This document shows, piece by piece, positions 20,762-29,252 of a DNA stretch of 64,000 bases. How positions within the stretch are numbered: position 1 is the stretch's first letter; every line of letters starts with the position of its first letter. The notes under the pieces are model-generated. The model was not told where the DNA came from. It was given only the letters and a program-made list of their open reading frames with translations, and did no database searches. Origin of the DNA: an uncultured virus (IMG/VR IMGVR_UViG_3300042559_001081) (taxonomy: Duplodnaviria > Heunggongvirae > Uroviricota > Caudoviricetes); IMG/VR virus record IMGVR_UViG_3300042559_001081, positions 62,001 to 126,000 of that record; one strand, written 5' to 3'. The translations under genes were made by a program, and so were the position numbers.

Positions 20762-22127
20762 TGGTAGTAGTATCCTTACATAGATTATAAAAATTTTCCA
20801 TTTCAGGAAATGTTTCTAAAAAGTTTACATTTCTTCTTCTATCGTACTCTTTAAACCAGTTATAAAAGTCTTTTCTACCTTCGACAATTTTATTTTCTTC
20901 GTATGCTACCGATGCAAAATAGTTTCTAACACGACGAAATCTTTCATATTCTAAATCAGAGAATTTAGTAGTATCTTTTTCGTCTGTATTGTCTTCTATA
21001 AATTTTAATATTTTATCAAAATAAGGAAGAAATTCTTCCTTAGGAAGAATATGCATATCATATTGCAACGGTTCTTTTAAATACGGAGTATCAAACCTAA
21101 TTCTTCTTCTCGACGGATGATGATATTGTTTACGCCATTCTAGTATTTTTTCTAAAAACAAAGTAAAACTAGTAACACTTAAAATATTAAAGGTACACAT
21201 GAAAGTAATATCTGCACCAGTAACGTCTAAGTAGTTTTTCATATTTGATTCCCACAAATCGACATCTAATCCGGTTCTCATATACTCAGCACGTTTTCCA
21301 AAAGAATCTATACTTGAATAAAGTTTAAACTTTTTTATGGAGTTTGTTTCTAATAGCTCGTTAACACTGGTTGATAACTTTGTTACTAATCTCGGACTTA
21401 TACCCAAGTTACTATTTAAATTAAGTTCAAGGTGAGGACGGGGATCTTTTTTCAATCTCTCAAATAAATTCCATGTGCTTTTATGCATCAACGGTTCGCC
21501 ACCTGTAATTCTTAAAATATTTAGAGTTTTTGAAAGCTCAGGCCACCATTCCCACCATGCTTTAATGTAAGGATTGTTATCTTCTTCCATTGGCTTAAAC
21601 CAGTCAATGTCTAGTGCATGGTTGTTAACACCTTCGACTTTTCCAAACTTTTTAATTTCAGCATGATAAGAACTACTTGCCATTGGGTGGCAATATCCAC
21701 ATTTAAAATTGCATTCATTTGAAAATGCAACTTCAACATATTCAGGATTAACGTTAAAATCCCACGGCTTTGTTAGAATTTCTTCAACTCTCTCAGGCTT
21801 ATAAATTGATTGGTTTCTAATCATTCTATCTGAGATGTGATCGTTACCAAGAGATTCTACATTCCAACAGTATTTACAGCCTTCAGGTTTTTCACCAATA
21901 AGCATCTTTGCACGTTCTTTTTTCTTTGTTAGAGTGTTGTGCAAAGCACTAGGATTATTTTTTATTTCCGACAAAGAAATAGCGTGAGGAGCAGGATGAT
22001 AACAACTGTGGGTATCACCTGTGTGCAAGTATATTGTTGTATGATGCCATTTAGCTAAACAAAACGTTGGACTTATTTTGTCCATTTCTGTATTTTGTTG
22101 CTTGATTAAGTCTGTTTCTGAAGTCAT
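20751..22127 (-). CDS. Radical SAM protein with N-terminal twitch-like domain (paralog of 5193-6719)
   Basis: CLAKW...SCYHP...GCKYCW, CNFKCGYC, ITGGEP. Confidence 0.9.
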   Translation of the reverse strand: MTSETDLIKQQNTEMDKISPTFCLAKWHHTTIYLHTGDTHSCYHPAPHAISLSEIKNNPSALHNTLTKKKERAKMLIGEKPEGCKYCWNVESLGNDHISDRMIRNQSIYKPERVEEILTKPWDFNVNPEYVEVAFSNECNFKCGYCHPMASSSYHAEIKKFGKVEGVNNHALDIDWFKPMEEDNNPYIKAWWEWWPELSKTLNILRITGGEPLMHKSTWNLFERLKKDPRPHLELNLNSNLGISPRLVTKLSTSVNELLETNSIKKFKLYSSIDSFGKRAEYMRTGLDVDLWESNMKNYLDVTGADITFMCTFNILSVTSFTLFLEKILEWRKQYHHPSRRRIRFDTPYLKEPLQYDMHILPKEEFLPYFDKILKFIEDNTDEKDTTKFSDLEYERFRRVRNYFASVAYEENKIVEGRKDFYNWFKEYDRRRNVNFLETFPEMENFYNLCKDTTTNAG

Positions 22128-23056
22128 TGTTCTCTATCTATAAATTGTTGATCGAATGTCCTTGCAGGATTTTGATATACTGTTTTAAAAAACTTACTTT
22201 GTTCTGCTTCTAGTGGATAAGCCGCAATAGGTAAATCCAACACCGGAATAAGTGCATCAGCTAAGTCCTCGCATTTACGGATAATGTTTTCTTCATTGAC
22301 ATTTTTAGTAACAGTATTGTTCCAGTAATCATTAAGCCAGTCAAAGTCTCTAACATTTACATAATCCCAATCGGATAACATTGTCTTATGTAATCCTTCT
22401 CGAGCACCGTAAATAGCCCACATACCGTTTTCTACATCAGCACCTATCATTAACCAAATATAAAGTCTGTGTAAATTTTTCCAATGGTTCTTTTTAAAAT
22501 CTTCTATCGATGGCTTAATGCCGCGGTCGAGCGACATTTTAACGCCTTCGCGAAAACCTGCACGCCATGCTTGTTGTGGAGTTGCGTTATTAAAAATTTC
22601 ACTGTAACAGCTATTCATTTGAATGTATTCTACATCCCAACAAAAATCTACTTGTGCGTGAGGGTTGTTTGGGTCTGCATTTTCATGAGTTTTCATGTTA
22701 AGAACGTATTCTTTTGGCCAGCATTTAAGGCCGCCGTTTCCGTACATAAGACCATTAATAGTATTTCGAGCAGTCCAACTAATAACGCACTTTTCTAAAT
22801 CTTTATTTTCATCAAAGTCAAACTCCTTTGTTAAAAACTCCGATTTAATAGTGTTGTCGCCGTCAACGGTGATAAATCTATCCGTTTCAGAGAGTTTAGC
22901 ACATGCCTTATGTGCTGCATCTGAGCCTTTGACTCCGTGAACACGTTTTGCCCATGGAATTTTTTTGCACAAGTCTGCATAATTTTTTTCTGCATTAGGT
23001 TCATCATAACTTAAGTATATAATGTCGTAATCAAGAACTCTAAATTTATTTCCCAT
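22124..23056 (-). CDS. GT-A fold glycosyltransferase-like protein
   Basis: YDIIYLSYDEPNA...RVHGVKGSDAAH...TVDGD (DxD); ATG 23056 with GAGG RBS preferred. Confidence 0.7.
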   Translation of the reverse strand: MGNKFRVLDYDIIYLSYDEPNAEKNYADLCKKIPWAKRVHGVKGSDAAHKACAKLSETDRFITVDGDNTIKSEFLTKEFDFDENKDLEKCVISWTARNTINGLMYGNGGLKCWPKEYVLNMKTHENADPNNPHAQVDFCWDVEYIQMNSCYSEIFNNATPQQAWRAGFREGVKMSLDRGIKPSIEDFKKNHWKNLHRLYIWLMIGADVENGMWAIYGAREGLHKTMLSDWDYVNVRDFDWLNDYWNNTVTKNVNEENIIRKCEDLADALIPVLDLPIAAYPLEAEQSKFFKTVYQNPARTFDQQFIDREQ

Positions 23057-23639
23057 TAATAACCTCGTGATAATATGTTTCAAGTCGTTTAATAGTATAT
23101 ACACTTAATAATCCAACAGTGTGTTCTATTTGATTTTCAAATAAAATTTCATAGTCATTGTAAATTAAATCTGTTAAATTAACAATAATGCATCTTTCCA
23201 ATTGATGCGGATCATTAAATCTAGTAATGCTAAACATTAAGGGTCTGTCTAAAGATACTTTTTTTGTTTTTAAGTTTTCTTTTATAGACTCATCTAGTTT
23301 AAAAACCCATTTTTTATTTTCAATGTCTTGTACTATAGTTAAGTCTGGCCTAGAACTACTCTTATATTCTGGTATTTTATGTACCTGTGTATTAATATCA
23401 AAGACAACTTCTTCGTTGTTAAATCTATGCTTTAATATATAGTTCTTTTTTATTGTATCAAAGATTACTTGATAAGTGTGAAACTGTTCCTGACCTGTGA
23501 TTAAATTATAAACTTCGTCAACGTCTACCTCAATATACAATCCTTCGCTGTCGTTAGAATTTCCTACTGAGAGTAAATTTCCCAAATCGTCAAAATAAAC
23601 AAATTTTTTGTTTGAAACATATAGATTATCTGTGTTCAC
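23046..23639 (-). CDS. Hypothetical protein, 197 aa
   Basis: In-operon ORF; no motif recognised. Confidence 0.7.
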   Translation of the reverse strand: MNTDNLYVSNKKFVYFDDLGNLLSVGNSNDSEGLYIEVDVDEVYNLITGQEQFHTYQVIFDTIKKNYILKHRFNNEEVVFDINTQVHKIPEYKSSSRPDLTIVQDIENKKWVFKLDESIKENLKTKKVSLDRPLMFSITRFNDPHQLERCIIVNLTDLIYNDYEILFENQIEHTVGLLSVYTIKRLETYYHEVINGK

Positions 23640-23640
23640 G

Positions 23641-24483
23641 CTATATTCCTAAAAACTTTTCGTATATAGATATTATTTCGTCCGAAGCAAAATCTTTTTC
23701 TGTATAATGAAATATACCCGATTGCTTGTAATTACCAATTTTTAAGTTTAAATTTTTATCTAAATACACGCCAACTTTGTCTTGCCATCGGTCAGTCTGA
23801 ATTAATTTCCAATCTTGACACCTAGCTTTCATGTGAACGAAGTACGGATAACTAGTATTCGGACTAGCTATTTTATTTTCGCAATTCAAAATCTTTGTTA
23901 CAATTGCTGCACTTAAATCAACACTAGGAAATTTTTGAAAATATTTTCCGCCGGCGTATTGTCCATAAAATAATTCCCAATTGTTCATCACTAATTCTAA
24001 CCACTTGTAAAAGTTATGTGCTTCGTCACTTTTTTCAAAATAGTTAAATGCACTATACAAGTTTGGCAAATTATGATTTATAAAGGCTTTACGATAATAA
24101 GGACTGGTAATTTCGTCGCCGCGATAAGTGATAACTTTTTTTGTAAAAAATACATTGTATCCTTTTAAAAAGTCCCACCAATGACTTATGTTTTCTAATA
24201 CTAATACATCAGAATCAAGAACTATTGTGCGAGAATATGGAGTAGCATGATATATTTTCCATCTATTTTCTATTTTCCAGCTTGATGATTGTGCAGTATC
24301 TTCCCAAGGAATATTAACTATGTCATCAAAAACAGACTTTGTTTTAGTATCAATGCTATCGTTAGTAATTAAGCAGATTTTGCTATCTGGATTTGTTGAT
24401 CGTATGCTTAATGCTGCTAAGTATGCCTGTTTAACATAATTATGCTCACTGTTTTGTGCTAAAATAGTAAAATTAAGACTCAT
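23641..24483 (-). CDS. Glycosyltransferase, GT8-like GT-A fold
   Basis: ALSIR...ICLITN, TPYSRTIVLDSD (DxD), FVHMK. Confidence 0.7.
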   Translation of the reverse strand: MSLNFTILAQNSEHNYVKQAYLAALSIRSTNPDSKICLITNDSIDTKTKSVFDDIVNIPWEDTAQSSSWKIENRWKIYHATPYSRTIVLDSDVLVLENISHWWDFLKGYNVFFTKKVITYRGDEITSPYYRKAFINHNLPNLYSAFNYFEKSDEAHNFYKWLELVMNNWELFYGQYAGGKYFQKFPSVDLSAAIVTKILNCENKIASPNTSYPYFVHMKARCQDWKLIQTDRWQDKVGVYLDKNLNLKIGNYKQSGIFHYTEKDFASDEIISIYEKFLGI

Positions 24484-25321
24484 TGTCGATAATCCTATTT
24501 AAGTTTATCTTATTCATTATGTGTACATTACTTTGTTTAATCTTAACAGGAAAATAATTAGTCGAACTTTTATTGTTTTCGACTAAAAATAAAAACTCCT
24601 CGTCTTTAATTTCAAGAATCAAATCTCTGTCAAGTGTATAATACATAGTGCCTGGTAAACTTTTTACAAAGTTTCCTGATTTATATCCATTCATAACATG
24701 TACAGCTATACTAAATGCATAGTCATTCCTAAACGTAGCATAAGGCAACTGATAAATGTTTTTGTAATGATACCAATTTTCTTGTATGTGCTGAATTAAA
24801 TTAAAAAATATTTTATTTTTTTCTGTTTTTCTAAAAAAAACTACAGTTGCCCAATAAAAGTTAGGGCCTGTTTCACTAATTTTAGAAAATTCACTAACAT
24901 CTCTCCATCCTGACAATTCAACTGCGTCTTTGTACATCATTAAATCGTGAGGTTGATTGAAACAGTTTAGTAAGTCTGCGTTAGAAATTATAAAATCTGT
25001 ATCAAGTAAAATAGTTTCGTCGTACGGAGACAGATCATATGCACGACTTCTAGAATCATTTTTATACTCTAAATTTTTTCTTACATAAATCCCGTCATTG
25101 TATTTTTTATATTGAATCGTTTTTTCGTTTTTTATTTCGATAACTTGATCAAAGATTGTTTTGTAATTGCTAAACGATTTTTTTAAATACGCTGCATTGT
25201 CTGTAATAATGCTAACAGGTAAATTTAAATATTTTTTAATACGATTTGCAGCATAAACCGCTTGTTTTGTATAATCTACTTCGCTATTATTTCTTGCTAT
25301 TAATAATGCTCCGCTAGTCAT
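24473..25321 (-). CDS. Glycosyltransferase, GT8-like GT-A fold
   Basis: LPVSIITD, SPYDETILLDTD (DxD), FRNDYAFS; paralog of the adjacent gene. Confidence 0.7.
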   Translation of the reverse strand: MTSGALLIARNNSEVDYTKQAVYAANRIKKYLNLPVSIITDNAAYLKKSFSNYKTIFDQVIEIKNEKTIQYKKYNDGIYVRKNLEYKNDSRSRAYDLSPYDETILLDTDFIISNADLLNCFNQPHDLMMYKDAVELSGWRDVSEFSKISETGPNFYWATVVFFRKTEKNKIFFNLIQHIQENWYHYKNIYQLPYATFRNDYAFSIAVHVMNGYKSGNFVKSLPGTMYYTLDRDLILEIKDEEFLFLVENNKSSTNYFPVKIKQSNVHIMNKINLNRIIDNES

Positions 25322-25665
25322 AAATCAATAATACCTTCAATACTTCTATTGCTTCGTAACTTATTGTATGCAACTAGATAAGTATTGGCAGCTTTCCAGT
25401 AAACATTAACAATATCGCTTGTAAACTTTTCAAGATCTTCGACCTCGATAGGAATGTCGTTGTCATCTATCAAAATAGTGTTGTTTTGATTCAATTGTTT
25501 CAAACTTTGACAAAAGCTTAACAATTGTTGAGTTACTGTAAACCTACCGCCACTAAAATAAAATATAATATTGTCTTGATACTGTTCTTTTAAAATTCTT
25601 TTTTGATTTTCAAGAGTAATCATGTAATTACTAAAATCAAGTGCTTTTTCTAAACGTTCATCCAT
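25318..25665 (-). CDS. Hypothetical protein, first gene of the tailoring operon
   Basis: ATG with AGGAG RBS just downstream of a sigma70-like promoter. Confidence 0.75.
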   Translation of the reverse strand: MDERLEKALDFSNYMITLENQKRILKEQYQDNIIFYFSGGRFTVTQQLLSFCQSLKQLNQNNTILIDDNDIPIEVEDLEKFTSDIVNVYWKAANTYLVAYNKLRSNRSIEGIIDL

Positions 25666-25689
25666 AGAAAACTCCTATTGTATCTTTTA

Positions 25690-25718
25690 ATGATACAATA
25701 TTTTTTTAAAAAAGTCAA
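25690..25718 (-). promoter_or_regulatory. Sigma70-type promoter for the glycan-tailoring cluster
   Basis: Minus strand TTGACT (25718-25713), 17 nt, TATCAT (25695-25690), in the intergenic gap. Confidence 0.65.
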
Positions 25719-25725
25719 TGTAAAT

Positions 25726-26730
25726 TTATGCTGGTGGGCTAGCATTATCCGCTGTCATAGCAACTGCTGTTGCAATTGTCGGTGCAGCTATGCTAACTGC
25801 TGTATATGTGACAGTATTGTATACAAAAGAACTATCGGGTTGAAATGTATTAACGCTACTAGTAACCGTACCGTTGACTGATTCGTCTACCGATACTCCA
25901 GTGTTGTCGTCGTTTAACGAGATTCTAAAGCGTAACACTGTGCTACTAACTGTTCTGCCTTCTATAATATAATCGTTACTTGCATATAACCCAGAACCGG
26001 CTTTAATAAATAGTTGACGGTATGAAGATGTTAAGCTATCGTATCCACTTCCGCCCGAGCCAGACGGAGTTGGTGTACCCGAACTTGCTGTTAATGCATA
26101 TTTTCCAAATCTTACTGTTCCCATAGCTGACAACAAAGATGCCCAATCAGTAGACTTCGAACCCGAACCTCCGGTAAGTGTACTAGAAAATCTTATTTCT
26201 CCGCCAGCATTAAAAAAACAGTTCATTACGGTTGAACTTGAAAAAGTTACAGTAATTACATGATAGATTGACTTAGCAACATCTGCTGACCCACCCCACG
26301 AAGTGCTTCTTGCACTACTTGTAGCAGTTCCAAGTGTAAAATTTCCTATCGGAAATGCTGTTGTGCTCGGATTAAAATTTGAAATATTAGTAATTAACGT
26401 CGAATAATCATTTACACCTTGTTTTGTTCCATCTGCCGGAGTTGCTTTTGCCCCAGTTGATTGGTTAAACGTTTGCGATGTGTCTGCTCCAATAGTTTGT
26501 CCAGAAGGAGGTACAGCTATAGCTGTACTAATTGCTCCTTGTTGATGCACATATGCACCTTGTGCATCTAAAAATAAGTTAAGCATTTGTTGTGATGTAA
26601 CAGAATTAACCGATGCGGTAACTGCCGATGATCGCATAGTTTGTCCATACAATGTAGAATAAACAGATGCTAGAGATGTTCTCACATTGTTATATTGTGC
26701 GGCAGTAATAGAATCACCTACTAACGGCAT
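25726..26730 (-). CDS. Ser/Thr/Gly-rich virion structural protein
   Basis: FFNAGGEIRF motif shared with neighbour; AGGAG RBS; TAAATA upstream. Confidence 0.7.
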   Translation of the reverse strand: MPLVGDSITAAQYNNVRTSLASVYSTLYGQTMRSSAVTASVNSVTSQQMLNLFLDAQGAYVHQQGAISTAIAVPPSGQTIGADTSQTFNQSTGAKATPADGTKQGVNDYSTLITNISNFNPSTTAFPIGNFTLGTATSSARSTSWGGSADVAKSIYHVITVTFSSSTVMNCFFNAGGEIRFSSTLTGGSGSKSTDWASLLSAMGTVRFGKYALTASSGTPTPSGSGGSGYDSLTSSYRQLFIKAGSGLYASNDYIIEGRTVSSTVLRFRISLNDDNTGVSVDESVNGTVTSSVNTFQPDSSFVYNTVTYTAVSIAAPTIATAVAMTADNASPPA

Positions 26731-26777
26731 TAAACTCTCCTAATAGCATTATTTATTAAAATAAATTGCTATTTAAA

Positions 26778-27695
26778 TTAGCTTGACAAATTGATAGTTG
26801 TTTGATATGTAGGTGTTGGAACACTAACATAATTACCTGTAGGTCGTAATTGAGTAATTGTACTAGTAATTGTTCCTACTACTTGTTCGTCAAGACCGCC
26901 TACATTTGCATCGTCAAAAATAACTAAAAATGTTATAACATTTGCGTTTTGAGCACCTTTGGCTCGAATTCTTATATAGTTTTGAGAATATAAACCAGAA
27001 CCATATTTTTCAAATACTGTTTGATATGTTGACGTTAAGTCAAAGTTTCCTAAATTGAAAGATGTACCAGATCCTGTTGCTATTGCAGTGGTGTAGTTAA
27101 ATTTTACTGTGCCCATGTTTGATAGCATAGTAACCCAGTCATTAAACTTAACACCCGACCCTCCGGTTGCCGAAGCTGCAAATCTTATTTCGCCGCCACC
27201 ATTAAAAAAGTGTCTTCTATGATCAACTCCAGTAGATAACACATTGTTTCCAGAAGTGTTAGTTGTTTGATAACCGCCTGGAAATGTAACTGTAAACTCA
27301 TGCATGATTGGGCCCGAGGTTCCCCAAGGAGACGATCTTACACTGCTTGCTTTCGATTCTGCTGTTACTCTACTAGGATGTACTGAATTTTTTGCAGCAT
27401 ATACAGTATCAACTTCTGATTCGTATGCGGCATACACTGCTTCAGTTATTTGATCTGTTGCTGCAACTGTTGGCACTGTGGTAGATATGTTTGTTTGATG
27501 AACTTTTGCTATATTGATGTCGGATTTTAAATTATTAATATGTTGAGCTTCAACTATGTCAACAGGCGGCGTGTTTCTTACTTGTCGACTCGACAAGGCT
27601 TGTCCGTAACCAAACTCCCCCGAACCATTACCTAAAATGGTTCGTATTTTTGCTTGCATACTGTTATAGCGACTTGCCTCAATGTTACGTGCCAT
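26778..27695 (-). CDS. Virion structural protein (paralog of 25726-26730)
   Basis: FFNGGGEIRF...DW...MGTV shared motif; TATAAATA upstream. Confidence 0.7.
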   Translation of the reverse strand: MARNIEASRYNSMQAKIRTILGNGSGEFGYGQALSSRQVRNTPPVDIVEAQHINNLKSDINIAKVHQTNISTTVPTVAATDQITEAVYAAYESEVDTVYAAKNSVHPSRVTAESKASSVRSSPWGTSGPIMHEFTVTFPGGYQTTNTSGNNVLSTGVDHRRHFFNGGGEIRFAASATGGSGVKFNDWVTMLSNMGTVKFNYTTAIATGSGTSFNLGNFDLTSTYQTVFEKYGSGLYSQNYIRIRAKGAQNANVITFLVIFDDANVGGLDEQVVGTITSTITQLRPTGNYVSVPTPTYQTTINLSS

Positions 27696-27720
27696 TAAAT
27701 ACCTCTTAAACTTATAGTTT

Positions 27721-27728
27721 TATTTATA
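27721..27728 (-). promoter_or_regulatory. T4-type late promoter TATAAATA
   Basis: Exact T4 gp55 consensus about 25 nt upstream of the ATG at 27695. Confidence 0.7.
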
Positions 27729-29214
27729 CCTTTAAAACGCATTCAACTAGCTTTTCTTCATTCGATTCATTAGTCTCTAGTGCAACACCAACTAATCCGT
27801 TAGTTGCTAATGTTGAGCAAACTCCGTCTTGCCATGCATATACTGCTTGTCCTTTTTTTACAGGACCAGTTATTCTAACCGGAACTCTTCCTTTAAGAGC
27901 AATAGCTTGCCCGTCGATATGAGAATTCATTAAATACGCCGGTTTTTCTGATATGACACCTATACAAACATTACTTGAGTTTGCAGGGCATGTTTCATGC
28001 TCACCGTTATAAGAAACTGCCATTGCAGTTCCAACTGGATGTGAAAATTCAACTGTATACTTTTCAGCTAAGTCGGCATATTGTGCAACTGTGGCTGTTC
28101 CTACAAAGAAAGTTGCCTTTAATGCACCAGCTGTGATAGTTTGGCCGCCAATTGTTTCATTTGCTGCTGTTCTAGATGCAACAGTATCTGCTGTTGCAGA
28201 TACAGATGCAGTTTTGTAAGATGAACCTACCTTTAATGTATCAGCTTGTGTTGCAATTCCATTAAAAGTAGTTGCATATACAGTTTGCCACTTTTCGGAA
28301 GACTTTCCTAAGTCAAAAGTATTTGTTGCACCTGGATGTATACCTGTACTGTCAATATAGGATATTAAGCTATTGCTTGCATTTTTAATTCTTAATAAAT
28401 TTCTAACTAACTTTATAACCGGAGTTTGTAAGTCAGTATCTATATTAATAATTAAATCGTTATCACTTCCGAGTGTGATACCGCTGTCATCAAAACTTAC
28501 TACGCTAGCAAACGATGTGTTGTCAGTAGTTAGGTAATCCGATGCTGCTCTTCCGTTTAGTTTTACAGCATTTGATGCTGTTCCCCAAAATCTATAATTT
28601 GATGATGTGACCCCTGCGGTGCTTGCTCTTGTGTCTATTAATGTAACACCTTGCTTAATTACATCAAAGCCTGTTATAGCAGTGCCAGTTGAGTTGGTAA
28701 AGTCGGCATCTTTACTAATAACAAAAACAACTGTATCGTTAATGGTGCCCGTAATTACGTTGTGTGATGCGGCTCCAGTGTCTGTTAGCGTTATACTTTT
28801 CATTTGTGTTTCGCCAACACCCGGTGCTGTTTGTGGTCCAACTAATATCCATTCATTTAATGAATTTTTTACATATAGTTGTTCTGTTGAATTATTCCAC
28901 CAAAACTCGCCCTCAACAAATCCAGATGGTTGTGTCGCACTTATTTCTGTACCACCTGTAGTTTTCCATTTTGTTCCATCGTAGACTTTTAATTTACTTA
29001 CGGAGGTGTCAAACCAGATCATTCCAGAAACTGGTTTTGGTGGAGCAGATGATCCTGCAAAATTTTCTAATAAAAACATAAAGTTTTCATTTTGAGCTTC
29101 ACCGTACCCAGCATAGTTTTTGCCGATGAATTTTAATTCAGTTGATGTATTTACTGTACCATCGTCAACTGTTGTTTGTACTGTACCGTTATATTTGTTA
29201 ATAATGTATGCCAT
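27724..29214 (-). CDS. Tail fibre/spike protein with C-terminal chaperone-like domain
   Basis: Shared N-terminal GKNYAGYGE..NENF..LLENF domain; C-terminal YADLAEKY...IALKGRVPV of the kind seen in fibre intramolecular chaperones. Confidence 0.65.
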   Translation of the reverse strand: MAYIINKYNGTVQTTVDDGTVNTSTELKFIGKNYAGYGEAQNENFMFLLENFAGSSAPPKPVSGMIWFDTSVSKLKVYDGTKWKTTGGTEISATQPSGFVEGEFWWNNSTEQLYVKNSLNEWILVGPQTAPGVGETQMKSITLTDTGAASHNVITGTINDTVVFVISKDADFTNSTGTAITGFDVIKQGVTLIDTRASTAGVTSSNYRFWGTASNAVKLNGRAASDYLTTDNTSFASVVSFDDSGITLGSDNDLIINIDTDLQTPVIKLVRNLLRIKNASNSLISYIDSTGIHPGATNTFDLGKSSEKWQTVYATTFNGIATQADTLKVGSSYKTASVSATADTVASRTAANETIGGQTITAGALKATFFVGTATVAQYADLAEKYTVEFSHPVGTAMAVSYNGEHETCPANSSNVCIGVISEKPAYLMNSHIDGQAIALKGRVPVRITGPVKKGQAVYAWQDGVCSTLATNGLVGVALETNESNEEKLVECVLKV

Positions 29215-29252
29215 TATGGAAGAACCCCTAGTGCTTTATGTTATTTATCGCA

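Noticed and set aside
1..25665. Host chromosomal LPS/capsule locus or prophage flank
   Set aside because: No transporter, flippase or housekeeping gene recognised; continuous and co-oriented with virion genes, with similar composition
26742..26773. Inverted repeat AATAGCA...TGCTATT as a terminator
   Set aside because: Very AT-rich weak stem with no clear U-tract, overlapping a late promoter motif; not supportable
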